A stretch of DNA of 64,000 bases, from assembly GCA_947165005.1 (NCBI GenBank), contig CAMUYN010000003.1, positions 25,584-89,583 on the forward strand, given 5' to 3'. Both the position numbers and the translations under genes were made by a program. Every line of letters starts with the position of its first letter. Positions within the stretch are counted from its first letter, which is position 1. This DNA comes from an uncultured Bacillota bacterium. GTDB taxonomy: Bacteria; Bacillota_I; Bacilli_A; RF39; UBA660. This document shows, one piece after another, positions 20,551-30,222 of the stretch. The notes beneath the pieces are model-generated. The model saw only the letters and a list, made by a program, of their open reading frames with translations. It made no database searches and was not told where the DNA came from.

Positions 20551-20760
20551 GTTATCAGCTCCTATAAGTATTATATCATATAACTATCTAATAGCACCTA
20601 AAATAGCACCTAAATTATTTTGTATTCACTAATTTCTTTTATATACAACAAAAAATGGAGCCTTTCGGCTCCTTCAGGGGGTTTGGTTTGCACTTTCACA
20701 TATATACAGTAAAAGTGCTACGTAACATATTGTTACGCTACTATAATATTATTATATTTT
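20551..20760 (-). promoter_or_regulatory. Promoter plus structured 5' leader with intrinsic terminator (candidate riboswitch/attenuator) upstream of the 348-aa/pnuC operon
   Basis: TTGACA (+20769-20774 rc), 17 nt, TAATAT. Two hairpins follow (GCGUAAC-AAUAU-GUUACGU; GCACUUUUAC-9nt-GUGAAAGUGC), then CCCCCUGAA-GGAGCC-GAAA-GGCUCC-U6 at 20649-20681, then ~95 nt including the tandem AGGTGCTA repeat before the ATG. Confidence 0.45.
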
Positions 20761-20774
20761 AGATTTTTTGTCAA

Positions 20775-20960
20775 TTACTTTGATCTTAATTTTCTATAAT
20801 TAATTATATTTATTATTAGTTCAATAATAGTCATTGAAATAAGAATAATAGTTACTACTAAAAACTTATGTTCAAGTATACTAAATAGTAAACATATTCC
20901 TCCGATTATTATTGAAATTATATTTAAATATATAGAATATAATGCATAGTTTTTACCCAT
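20775..20960 (-). CDS. Small hydrophobic membrane protein (61 aa)
   Basis: Two predicted TM helices; immediately downstream of recG. Confidence 0.3.
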   Translation of the reverse strand: MGKNYALYSIYLNIISIIIGGICLLFSILEHKFLVVTIILISMTIIELIINIINYRKLRSK

Positions 20961-20967
20961 AATACAC

Positions 20968-22944
20968 CTAATCCTTACTTAATGAATTGTTTAAAATATC
21001 TTTTAACTCTGGATAATTATTTATATTTTTCAATATATTATTTGAGTCTTCTTTAGCCTTTAATAATATATCATAATCCCTTGTTAAATTAGCTATTTTA
21101 AAATTCATATCTCCACTTTGTCTTGTTCCAAATAAATCTCCTGATCCTCTTAACTTAAAGTCTTCTTCTGCTAATTTAAATCCATCTGTTGTCTCTTCCA
21201 TAATCTTTAATCTTTCAGTATCTCTATCTGATACTAAAATACAATAAGAATCTAAAGAATTTCTTCCTACTCTACCTCTAAGCTGATGTAAAGTAGCTAA
21301 TCCAAATTTATAAGCATCAAATATTACTATCATAGTAGCATTAGGTACATCTACCCCTACTTCTATAACAGTAGTACTAATTAATATATTTATTTCTTTA
21401 TTTTGGAACTTCTTCATTATATCATCTTTTTCTTTAGATGTCATCTTTCCATGTAATATACCTATACTTTGTTTTTTAAATGCTAAAGAAAAATTCTTAA
21501 GTAAAGTCTTAATATCTTCATCTTCATCTTCACTTTCTATAAGTGGAGAGACAATATACACTTGATGATCATTATCTAGTTCTCTTTTTACAGTATTAAG
21601 CATTTTCTTTAAGTCTTCTTCACTCTTAGTAATATTAATTGTCTTAACTGGTTTTCTACCATTTGGCATAGACTTAATAATAGATATATCCATATCTCCA
21701 TAAATAGTTAATGCATATGTTCTAGGTATTGGTGTAGCACTTAAATATAAGACATCTACCATCTTACCTTTATTTCTTAAATTACTTCTTTGATTAACCC
21801 CAAATCTATGTTGTTCATCTGTTATTATTAACCCTAAATTATTAAAATTAATATCATCTTGTAAAAGTGCATGAGTACCAATAATTATATCTATTTCTCC
21901 ATTAGCTAATTCTTCTTTTATTAATTCTTTTTCTTTTTTTGGAGTACTTCCTAATATCTCTTTAATATTTAAATTATAACCTTTAAATAATTTTTTCATA
22001 TTAAGATAATGTTGATGTGCAAGTATTTCTGTTGGTGCCATTAATGCACTTTGATATTTATCAAGTGCTAAAGCATACATAGAAATAAAAGCTACGATTG
22101 TTTTACCAGATCCAACATCTCCTTGAACTAATCTGTTCATTCTTCTAGGTGATTTTAAATCGGTAAAAATCTCATCTAATACTTTATTTTGATCCTCAGT
22201 TAATTCAAATGGTAAAGATGAAATAAATTTATTTATTTTATCTTTATCTATATTTCTACTTTGACCAAAATTATTAACAGAATTCTTATTAATAAGCTCA
22301 TTAATCTTTAGCATAAAAAGAAATAATTCTTCATATTTAAATCTTTCTAAAGATATATTTAATGATTTTACATCACTAGGATTAGTTATTATATTTAAAG
22401 CCTGTCTCTTATCTATAAAATTATATTTCTTTGATAATTCCTCAGGAATATAATTAACTAAATTACTTTTATTAATTGCTTCCGTAATATATTTTCTTAT
22501 ATTATTATTACTTAATCCCTTAACCAAGTGATATATAGGTGTTATTACCACTCTATTACCTAAATCAAATAACTTTATGTCTGATGCAGTAAATTTTCCC
22601 TTTTCATTATCATATTTACCAATCAATGTAACTATTTTAGAAGGTACTAAATTATTCTTCATGAATGCCCTATTAAATATAACTACATCTATATACTTAT
22701 TCTCTTCTTCATATAATGCTTTAAATCTAATTGCATTTTTAGATCTACCAAAATAACTAATAGTAGGAGTACTAACAATTGTTACACTAACAATAGCATG
22801 TTCATCATTTATATTAGTCTTTTTTAATTTCTCAAATCTATATGGATAATATGATAATAAATCATCTATAGCATAGATATTTAACTTATTTAATTTACTT
22901 ATAGTAGATGCCCCAATACCCTTTATACTAGATAGTTCATTCAT
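20968..22944 (-). CDS. recG: ATP-dependent DNA helicase RecG
   Basis: Walker A GSGKT, DEQHRFG (DEAH box) and HQLRGRVGR helicase motif VI. The ORF track starts at a TTG at 23031; the likely true start is the ATG at 22944 (MNELSSIKGIG...). Confidence 0.9.
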   Translation of the reverse strand: MNELSSIKGIGASTISKLNKLNIYAIDDLLSYYPYRFEKLKKTNINDEHAIVSVTIVSTPTISYFGRSKNAIRFKALYEEENKYIDVVIFNRAFMKNNLVPSKIVTLIGKYDNEKGKFTASDIKLFDLGNRVVITPIYHLVKGLSNNNIRKYITEAINKSNLVNYIPEELSKKYNFIDKRQALNIITNPSDVKSLNISLERFKYEELFLFMLKINELINKNSVNNFGQSRNIDKDKINKFISSLPFELTEDQNKVLDEIFTDLKSPRRMNRLVQGDVGSGKTIVAFISMYALALDKYQSALMAPTEILAHQHYLNMKKLFKGYNLNIKEILGSTPKKEKELIKEELANGEIDIIIGTHALLQDDINFNNLGLIITDEQHRFGVNQRSNLRNKGKMVDVLYLSATPIPRTYALTIYGDMDISIIKSMPNGRKPVKTINITKSEEDLKKMLNTVKRELDNDHQVYIVSPLIESEDEDEDIKTLLKNFSLAFKKQSIGILHGKMTSKEKDDIMKKFQNKEINILISTTVIEVGVDVPNATMIVIFDAYKFGLATLHQLRGRVGRNSLDSYCILVSDRDTERLKIMEETTDGFKLAEEDFKLRGSGDLFGTRQSGDMNFKIANLTRDYDILLKAKEDSNNILKNINNYPELKDILNNSLSKD

Positions 22945-23027
22945 AAAGTAATCCTTTCTTAAAATAATTATAACATATTTTACAAATTCCCTTGACAAAA
23001 AGAAAAAAATAAGTAATATATATGGTA

Positions 23028-23092
23028 CCAATTCCCAAATGGCGAATTGGCTGCTAGTATCACACTAGCCAACCCCTTTTTATTCTTTTTTA
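23028..23092 (+). ncRNA. Candidate small RNA (~65 nt, two hairpins) with near-consensus sigma-A promoter and intrinsic terminator
   Basis: TTGACA at 22993-22998, 17-nt spacer, TATATA. Hairpin 1 is CCAAUUC-9nt-GAAUUGG. Hairpin 2 is UUGGCUGCUAGU-AUCAC-ACUAGCCAA followed by CCCCUUUUUAUUCUUUUUU. No ORF. Confidence 0.3.
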
Positions 23093-23183
23093 TGAAGCAG
23101 TTCTTCAGGGGGGCTGCTTCTTTTTTTAATAATAAAAGTAGACATATTGTCTACTTTATTTTTTTATGCTAATATATATTTAA

Positions 23184-23252
23184 AGGAACATTTAGTTTAT
23201 CTAAGTGTCATCCTTTGGTTTTGGATGGATACTCAGACTAGAGTATCTTTTT
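23184..23252 (+). repeat. Partial copy of the MITE-like element found at 33122-33317
   Basis: AGGAACATTTAGTTTATCTAAGTGTCATCCTTT...GATACTCAGACTAGAGTATCTTTTTT aligns with AGGGACATTCAATTATAAGAGTGTCATCCTTT...GATACTCTTTAGAGTATCATTTTTT. Confidence 0.5.
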
Positions 23253-23290
23253 TATTTCTACTATCAAAAAAAGACTCAATAGAGTCTTTT

Positions 23291-25657
23291 TTATTTTAAA
23301 TATTCTTTTGCTTGTTTTAATAAATCACTTAAAGTATATATTGGTAATGAATAGTAAGTACCATTATTAGATACTATTACTTTATCTTTTTCAAGTTCAG
23401 TAAGTCCTCTTATATGACCTACTTTATTATAATTCTTATCTAATATATAAGCATCAGTTAAATTTCCAATATAAGTTCTTCCATATTTATCAGTACCATA
23501 GTAATGATCAGGTCTAAGAATATTCTCCACCATATTAAGTAACTTCTTTTCTTTAACGTTATATACTGCTAAGGAATTATCTACATAGCTAACAAATAAT
23601 AAATCTTTATTTTTACTATAGAACATACCAGATACTAAATTCTTATTCATAATATTTATTTTTTCTTTTAATTCATTAGCATCTTTTTCAGAAATAGTAT
23701 CAGTACTTACATACCCATATTCTTTTTTTACTTCTTTCATATCTTTACTAGTATTAGTAGTATAGTAAATAACTCTATTTTGATTTTCTGGTATTAATAA
23801 GTATCCTGATTCATTTTGAACTACTTTAGAATAATTAGTTAAATTAAATTGATATTGTCCTTTATAAATAACATTTTGTTTAGTATCCATACTTGCATAA
23901 TTAGCAGTACCATCTTTATTAATTGTTAAATATAAATTTCTATTAGTATATGAATATACTTCAAGTATATCACTAGATGTATCAAAATTATGTTTAACAT
24001 CTCCATTTGAAGCATCAAGTATATCTAATTTATTGCCATGAACTATAGCTATATCATTAACCCCTTCAGCATATGATCTAGTTATTATTTTTCCCCAAAT
24101 ACCATTTTCAGTTCTAGACCAATTTAAGTTATTATCAATATAGTTATAAGATGCTGCTAGTAAATTAAAATCAGATCCCATAGTTCTATTAAATAACATA
24201 TAAACATTATTATCTTTAGTAAACATATTACTAATATAACCAGCATTAAACTTAATACTGTTTATTTCTTTAGCACTTTCAGTATCTATGACATGTACTG
24301 TTATATATTGCTCTTTATCTACACTAAATTGATTTTCAATAGTACTTGCAAACAAATATTTACCATCTTCTGTATAAAATGATTGTCTTACTATATCATT
24401 ATCATATTTAATAGTACCTATTGTTTTATCATTAAGCAAATCATATATAGTTAAATTTTTATTATCTGCATAAGTTAAATATTTAGTTTTAAAATGGCCT
24501 CTTACAAATTGATAAGATGAATCTTCTTTCTTAATTTCTTTTAATTTATCACCATTTTTAGTAACAGTAATAATTACATTACCATCTTTATTTATATAAG
24601 AGAAATAATCTTCTCCGATAAAACTAAAATCATTTTCATCAAAAGTAAAACCATATATATCATTATAAGTTTTAATCTTTTTAAATGTTTTTGCATTCCA
24701 TAAAGTTAATTCCTCTGATTCATCATAAGTAGCTAAATAATTATTATCATAACTAACCTTTATAAAGTCTACTACACCCTTAGTTTTAATTTCATCATTA
24801 GCTTTAAAACTAGATCCTACATCATATACTCCAAGTGCTTCACTTAAAGCATATTCTGCATCAGTAGTATATGGCATTTTAACTTCATCAAACTTAGTTA
24901 ATGATTCATAAGCATATTTAATTGCATCATATCTACTATCATTTTTTAATGATGATATAGATTTTTCAGATAAAGTTGTTGCTTGATGATTTTTAAGTAT
25001 CTTTTGTTGACTATTAATTTTAATTAACATGATTGAAGAATAAAGTGCAAATAATAAGAATGCTCCTGCTGCTATTGTAGCAATAGTTAGTTTTCTTTTT
25101 TGTTCTTGCATTTTATGTCTTTGTTTTAAATCATCATAATCAAGTCCATACATTGGAGCTATTAATCTTAGTTTTTCACTCTTAATCTTACTTAATACTT
25201 CTTTTTTAGTTTCTCCTCTAACATCTGCAGCTAGTGGTTCTACCAAAGTCTTTCCGTCATCATCAACTAATACTTCTTCAGGGAAAGAATCACCTGGTTC
25301 ACCTTCAATTAATACACAGAAGATATTCTTTCTTCCTCTTAATTTTTTAAAAGTTTCTATTTCTTTTTTACACCACATAGAATCTTTTAATCTTGGAGAA
25401 CAAATAACTATTAAGTATTTAGTATTATGAAGTGCATCTACTATTGGATCTTCTAGATTACTAGAAAGTGGTAATTCATCTTGGTCTCTAAATACTCTTT
25501 TAATACTTCTTCCTTCAATACCTAATTGTTCTTTAATATTTTTAGGCAGTTCATAACTTTCTAATATCTTATGTAAGTTTTCTGCAACAAACTTATCTAA
25601 GTCACAATGTCTATAACTTATAAAAGCATCATATTTATATTCTTTTTTCTTTTCCAT
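23291..25657 (-). CDS. TIR-domain protein with one transmembrane helix and a C-terminal ~550-aa beta-propeller-like repeat domain
   Basis: N-terminal YDAFISYRHCD...VICSPRLKDSMWCKKEIE is a canonical TIR signature including the putative catalytic Glu. A hydrophobic segment LTIATIAAGAFLLFALYSSIMLI follows at ~aa 190-215. The C-terminal region has repeated Y/W/D/N-rich beta-strand patterns. A hairpin terminator lies at 23236-23275. Confidence 0.75.
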   Translation of the reverse strand: MEKKKEYKYDAFISYRHCDLDKFVAENLHKILESYELPKNIKEQLGIEGRSIKRVFRDQDELPLSSNLEDPIVDALHNTKYLIVICSPRLKDSMWCKKEIETFKKLRGRKNIFCVLIEGEPGDSFPEEVLVDDDGKTLVEPLAADVRGETKKEVLSKIKSEKLRLIAPMYGLDYDDLKQRHKMQEQKRKLTIATIAAGAFLLFALYSSIMLIKINSQQKILKNHQATTLSEKSISSLKNDSRYDAIKYAYESLTKFDEVKMPYTTDAEYALSEALGVYDVGSSFKANDEIKTKGVVDFIKVSYDNNYLATYDESEELTLWNAKTFKKIKTYNDIYGFTFDENDFSFIGEDYFSYINKDGNVIITVTKNGDKLKEIKKEDSSYQFVRGHFKTKYLTYADNKNLTIYDLLNDKTIGTIKYDNDIVRQSFYTEDGKYLFASTIENQFSVDKEQYITVHVIDTESAKEINSIKFNAGYISNMFTKDNNVYMLFNRTMGSDFNLLAASYNYIDNNLNWSRTENGIWGKIITRSYAEGVNDIAIVHGNKLDILDASNGDVKHNFDTSSDILEVYSYTNRNLYLTINKDGTANYASMDTKQNVIYKGQYQFNLTNYSKVVQNESGYLLIPENQNRVIYYTTNTSKDMKEVKKEYGYVSTDTISEKDANELKEKINIMNKNLVSGMFYSKNKDLLFVSYVDNSLAVYNVKEKKLLNMVENILRPDHYYGTDKYGRTYIGNLTDAYILDKNYNKVGHIRGLTELEKDKVIVSNNGTYYSLPIYTLSDLLKQAKEYLK

Positions 25658-25666
25658 AAAACACCT

Positions 25667-26242
25667 CTATATTATTAATCCATCTCCGTCATAAAGAAGA
25701 ATTAAATCATCTTTATTAACTGTTTCTAATAAATCTTTCTTTTTATTAGAATGTGGTACTATTTCTTTATCTATTATATTAAGTGCAGTAAAATCAGTCA
25801 TATTTACAAAATTATCTTCATATATTGCATCTAAACTAATTGTAGATCCAAGTATTTGAGATCCTGCACTTGATCCAATATATAATTTACCTTTATTAAT
25901 AAAATCTTTTATTACTTCACCAAAATTATTTTTTCTTACCATATCAAGAAGATAAATAGTATTACCACCCATCATATAAATAATATCATATTTATCTATA
26001 TCTAACGGATTACCTATCTTATACTCAGTAATATTTTCTTCTTTAATACCTAAATCTAATATAGTTTTATATTCCTCGTTAACCCAAGCTTTATTATTAT
26101 CTTTTTCTCCATCTACTGCAGTAGTAATATATAAAACTTTTTTATTAGATAATTCTTCTTTTGATATTATCTCATAAAATTTATTTTTAAAATCTTCATT
26201 TCTAATTCCACATGAAGTTAAAACAATATTATTCATAAACAC
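25667..26242 (-). CDS. Peptidase S51 (dipeptidase E / cyanophycinase-like) family protein
   Basis: VLYITTA, YMMGGNT..LL and YIGSSAGS motifs in S51 order; 191 aa. Confidence 0.6.
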   Translation of the reverse strand: MFMNNIVLTSCGIRNEDFKNKFYEIISKEELSNKKVLYITTAVDGEKDNNKAWVNEEYKTILDLGIKEENITEYKIGNPLDIDKYDIIYMMGGNTIYLLDMVRKNNFGEVIKDFINKGKLYIGSSAGSQILGSTISLDAIYEDNFVNMTDFTALNIIDKEIVPHSNKKKDLLETVNKDDLILLYDGDGLII

Positions 26243-26254
26243 CTCTCTTTATAA

Positions 26255-26788
26255 TTAGTTATTTAAAGATTTTAAATATTCTTCAATAACTAATATCATA
26301 TCTGGAGATAATATTTCATTTCTTTTGTTATTAGGCATATTATTTCTAATAATATCTATCGATTCATTTAATGGGAACGATTCTAACTTAAAATGATGAT
26401 TCTTTTCTGATTCAGTTAATTTAATTTTACTCATATCAGGTTCTTTAGTAGTTTCTATTAAGTAATAATTTATTTCATTTTTTCTATTTTTTCCTTTTTC
26501 AGGCCAATCTCTATTCATAAAAGTAACTTTCATAAGTATATCTTTTACTTCAGAATCATCTATTTCTATTCCGGTTTCTTCCATTATTTCTCTTTTTAGA
26601 CATTCATCAATAGTTTCACCTTCATCAAGATGTCCACCAGGAAATTCAAATAACCCATCTTCATTAGCAATTAATATATTATTAGTATTTGTATTAACTA
26701 TTAGTGCTTTTGCTCTTATAACAGTTTCTGTTATATCTTCGTTAGTTAAATTATCATTGTTATGAATTATTTCTTTCATATAAATCAC
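26255..26788 (-). CDS. NUDIX hydrolase
   Basis: Nudix box GGHLDEGETIDECLKREIMEETG. Confidence 0.8.
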   Translation of the reverse strand: MIYMKEIIHNNDNLTNEDITETVIRAKALIVNTNTNNILIANEDGLFEFPGGHLDEGETIDECLKREIMEETGIEIDDSEVKDILMKVTFMNRDWPEKGKNRKNEINYYLIETTKEPDMSKIKLTESEKNHHFKLESFPLNESIDIIRNNMPNNKRNEILSPDMILVIEEYLKSLNN

Positions 26789-26817
26789 CTATATAATTAT
26801 ATCATAAAATCACTTGA

Positions 26818-29800
26818 TTATTTATCAAGTGATTTATAATATTCAAATCTTTCTTTAGAAGTTTCTAAATTAGCTTCAAGTAATTCTTTAGCATGATCTA
26901 AATTAACTGCGGATAACATTTTATATCTAGTTTCATTACTTAAGAATTCATCATATAAAGTAAAGTCTGGTTCTTTAAAATCTAAATTAAATTCTTTAGT
27001 TTTTGCATTATATCTAAATAATGGGAAATATCCACATTTTACTGCTAATTCTTCTTCTTTCATAGAATTACCCATACCACCTTTTATACCATGAGAAATA
27101 CAAGGAGCATACGCAATTATTAAAGATGGTCCATCATGATTCATTGCTTCATTAATAGCTTTAATAGCTTGATTCATGTTAGCTCCCATACTAATTTCTG
27201 CTACATATACATTTGGATAAGTCATCATCATTCTAGCTAAATCTTTCTTAGAAGTATTTTTACCAATACTATTAAATTTAGCTACTGCACCTTCTCTAGT
27301 TGATTTAGAAGATTGGCCTCCAGTATTTGAATATACTTCAGTATCAAGAACCAATATATTAACATTTTCGTTAGAACTCATTACATGATCTAATCCACCA
27401 AATCCTATATCATAACTCCATCCATCTCCACCAATTATCCATACACTCTTATTAAGAATATAATTCTTAATTGGTTCAAGTTCAGGAATTTCATCATAAT
27501 TAAGATTATCCATAACTACTTTAGATGTCTTATAATCATTTGATTTTTCAAGGTAAGCCTCAATTAATTTTTTATTATCTTCTGATACTTTATCTTTATA
27601 ATTATTCATTATATTAATAATTCTATTTTTATATAGTTCTTCACTTAATCTCATTCCATATCCAAATTCTGCATTATCTTCGAATAATGAATTAGACCAA
27701 GATACATTGTATGGAGAACTTGGCATAGATCCACCATATATAGATGAACATCCAGTAGCATTAGCTATTATTAAACCTTCTCCTACTATTTGAGTTAGCA
27801 TCTTAATATATGGAGTTTCTCCGCACCCAGCGCAAGCACCAGAATATTTAAATAATGGTTTATTAAATGCTAATCCTTTTACTATTGTTTCTGGATATAA
27901 ATGTTTATTAGTAACACCACTTATTTTGTTATTAACTCTATCTATATTCTTATCTCCCATAGTTATAGCTTTAGTAGGACAAACCGAAGTACATACACCG
28001 CATCCAGTACAATCATCATAACTAATTTCTAAAGCAAATTTCATATCTGATCCTGGTACATCTTTGTATATAATTCCGGGATTCTTTTCTACTTCCTCCA
28101 TAGTCATTAATTTAGGTCTAATAACTGCATGAGGGCATGCCATTACGCACGAGTTACATGTTGTGCATTTTTCTGTGTTCCAACATGGAAGCATCTCTGC
28201 GATATTTCTCTTTTCTAATTTAGATGTATTTACTTCAAAAGTACCATCATCATGTTTAATAAAATCAGATACTTTTAATTCGTCACCTTTTAAGTGAGAA
28301 ATGTATTCTAATACTCCATTTAATCCTTTTTCTTCTACTTCTAAATTAATCCATTCTGGATTAATTATTGCTTCTTTAATTGATGATTCAACTGAATCAA
28401 GAGCACTTATATTTTTACTTACTATATCTTCTGATTTCTTACCAAATTTATTAGTAATACTATCCTTTAACATATCATATGCTTTATCTTTAGGTAATAC
28501 TTTAGTAATTAGTATTATTGCATATTCCATAATAGCACTAATCTTATTAGGTATACCATTATCTGCTGCTATTTTAGATGCATCTATTAAGAATGTTTTA
28601 ACTTCATTTTTAGCTAAATAATATTTAGTTTTATTATCTAATTCTTCTATATCTTTAGAAGTATTTAATATAAATATTCCATTCTTTCTAATAGATTTAA
28701 CTATATCATAAATACCCAAATAGCTTTCTTTAGTACATACTACTATATGAGCTTTATCTATATAATAACTAGATCTTATTTCTTCTTTACCAATTCTAAG
28801 CTGAGATATAGTTACTCCACCACTCTTTTTAGAATCATATTTATTATAAAGCTGAATATATCCATTAGTATTATCACCGATTAAAGTTGCAAGATCTTTA
28901 GTACCAGATACCATTCCATCTGATCCAAATCCATATACCATTAATTCAATTGCTTTACTATTTATCTTTATTTCTTTTCTATCTAAACTTTTATTAGTTA
29001 CATCATCAATTATGCCTATAGTAAATGAATCAATTGGTTCTTTACTATCTAAATTATCAAATACAGAAAGTATATCTCCTGGAGTTGTATCTTTAGAAGA
29101 TAATCCATATCTTCCACCATATACTTTTACTTTTAATTTAGATTTAGATATAGCATCAACTACATCTAGATATAAACTTTCTCTAGATCCAGCTTCTTTT
29201 GCCCTATCCAGTACAGCAATCTTCTTAACAGTACAAGGTATAGTATTAATAAAATGTTTAATACTAAATGGTCTAAATAATCTAACTATTATCAAACCCG
29301 TATCTTCCATATTATCAACAGTTTCTTTAATAGTATCACATACTGATCCCATTGCAACAATTAACTTAGATGGATTCTTACTTCCATAATAATCAAATAA
29401 ATGATAATTAGTATTAAATTTTTCATTGATAAGTTTCATATAACCATTAACTATATCTGGCATCTTATCATAGTATTTATTTCTTGCTTCTATATTTTGA
29501 AAATATACATCATCATTTTGAGTAGTACCCATTATTTTTTTATTAGCCAAACTACTATTTTTTCTAAACTCATCTATTAAACTAAAATCTACTAATTCTT
29601 TTACTTCTTCTAAATCAAGAACATCTATTTTATTTAATTCATGACTAGTTCTAAAGCCATCATAAAAATTAACAAAAGGAATTCTTCCTTTTAAAGTACT
29701 TAAATATGAAATAAGTGTCATATACATAACATCTTGTACATTAACTGATGATAAAATTGAATATCCAGTTCCTTTAACTGCATATATATCTGAATGATCT

Positions 29801-30168
29801 CCAAATATACTAAGAGCATGAGTAGATACTGTTCTACTTGCAACATTTATAACACTAGGAAGTAATTCTCCTGCTATTTTATACATATTTGGAATCATTA
29901 ATAAAAGCCCTTGAGACGCAGTAAATGTTGATGCTAATGATCCTGTTTGAAGTAATCCATGTATTGCTCCTATTGCGCCTGCTTCACTTTGCATTTCAAC
30001 AACTTTTACTCTTTCATTAAATAAGTTTAACTTTTCTTTGTTACTCCATTCCTCTATTTTTTCTGCACCTGGAGAAGCTGGAGTAATAGGATATAAACTA
30101 ACTGCATCAGAAAACATATATGCAATATGTGCACAAGCAGTATTACCATCCATTATTATTTTTTTCAT
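26818..30168 (-). CDS. nifJ: Pyruvate:ferredoxin (flavodoxin) oxidoreductase
   Basis: 1116 aa, two CxxCxxCxxxCP ferredoxin motifs, TPP-binding GDG...N motif, canonical PFOR domain order. Confidence 0.95.
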   Translation of the reverse strand: MKKIIMDGNTACAHIAYMFSDAVSLYPITPASPGAEKIEEWSNKEKLNLFNERVKVVEMQSEAGAIGAIHGLLQTGSLASTFTASQGLLLMIPNMYKIAGELLPSVINVASRTVSTHALSIFGDHSDIYAVKGTGYSILSSVNVQDVMYMTLISYLSTLKGRIPFVNFYDGFRTSHELNKIDVLDLEEVKELVDFSLIDEFRKNSSLANKKIMGTTQNDDVYFQNIEARNKYYDKMPDIVNGYMKLINEKFNTNYHLFDYYGSKNPSKLIVAMGSVCDTIKETVDNMEDTGLIIVRLFRPFSIKHFINTIPCTVKKIAVLDRAKEAGSRESLYLDVVDAISKSKLKVKVYGGRYGLSSKDTTPGDILSVFDNLDSKEPIDSFTIGIIDDVTNKSLDRKEIKINSKAIELMVYGFGSDGMVSGTKDLATLIGDNTNGYIQLYNKYDSKKSGGVTISQLRIGKEEIRSSYYIDKAHIVVCTKESYLGIYDIVKSIRKNGIFILNTSKDIEELDNKTKYYLAKNEVKTFLIDASKIAADNGIPNKISAIMEYAIILITKVLPKDKAYDMLKDSITNKFGKKSEDIVSKNISALDSVESSIKEAIINPEWINLEVEEKGLNGVLEYISHLKGDELKVSDFIKHDDGTFEVNTSKLEKRNIAEMLPCWNTEKCTTCNSCVMACPHAVIRPKLMTMEEVEKNPGIIYKDVPGSDMKFALEISYDDCTGCGVCTSVCPTKAITMGDKNIDRVNNKISGVTNKHLYPETIVKGLAFNKPLFKYSGACAGCGETPYIKMLTQIVGEGLIIANATGCSSIYGGSMPSSPYNVSWSNSLFEDNAEFGYGMRLSEELYKNRIINIMNNYKDKVSEDNKKLIEAYLEKSNDYKTSKVVMDNLNYDEIPELEPIKNYILNKSVWIIGGDGWSYDIGFGGLDHVMSSNENVNILVLDTEVYSNTGGQSSKSTREGAVAKFNSIGKNTSKKDLARMMMTYPNVYVAEISMGANMNQAIKAINEAMNHDGPSLIIAYAPCISHGIKGGMGNSMKEEELAVKCGYFPLFRYNAKTKEFNLDFKEPDFTLYDEFLSNETRYKMLSAVNLDHAKELLEANLETSKERFEYYKSLDK

Positions 30169-30222
30169 ATTATATCACCATATTTATTATATCAAAATTA
30201 TAGTATAAAAAAAAGAAAAGAA

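Noticed and set aside
22945-23031. N-terminal 29-aa extension of recG (MVPYILLIFFFLSREFVKYVIIILRKDYF) from a TTG start
   Set aside because: The hydrophobic, non-conserved extension starts at a TTG without an RBS and overlaps the putative sRNA promoter. The ATG at 22944 (MNELSSIKGIG) fits RecG N-termini better.
23041-23076. tRNA-like or tmRNA fragment (GGCGAATTGGCTGCTAGTATCACACTAGCCAACCCC)
   Set aside because: No cloverleaf, no T-loop GTTCRANTC consensus and no acceptor stem can be formed. It is better explained as a terminator hairpin of a short transcript.
28301-29389. Plus-strand ORFs (106 and 125 aa) antisense to PFOR
   Set aside because: They are embedded antisense in a highly conserved 1116-aa enzyme gene; no RBS, and the composition is typical of antisense artefacts.
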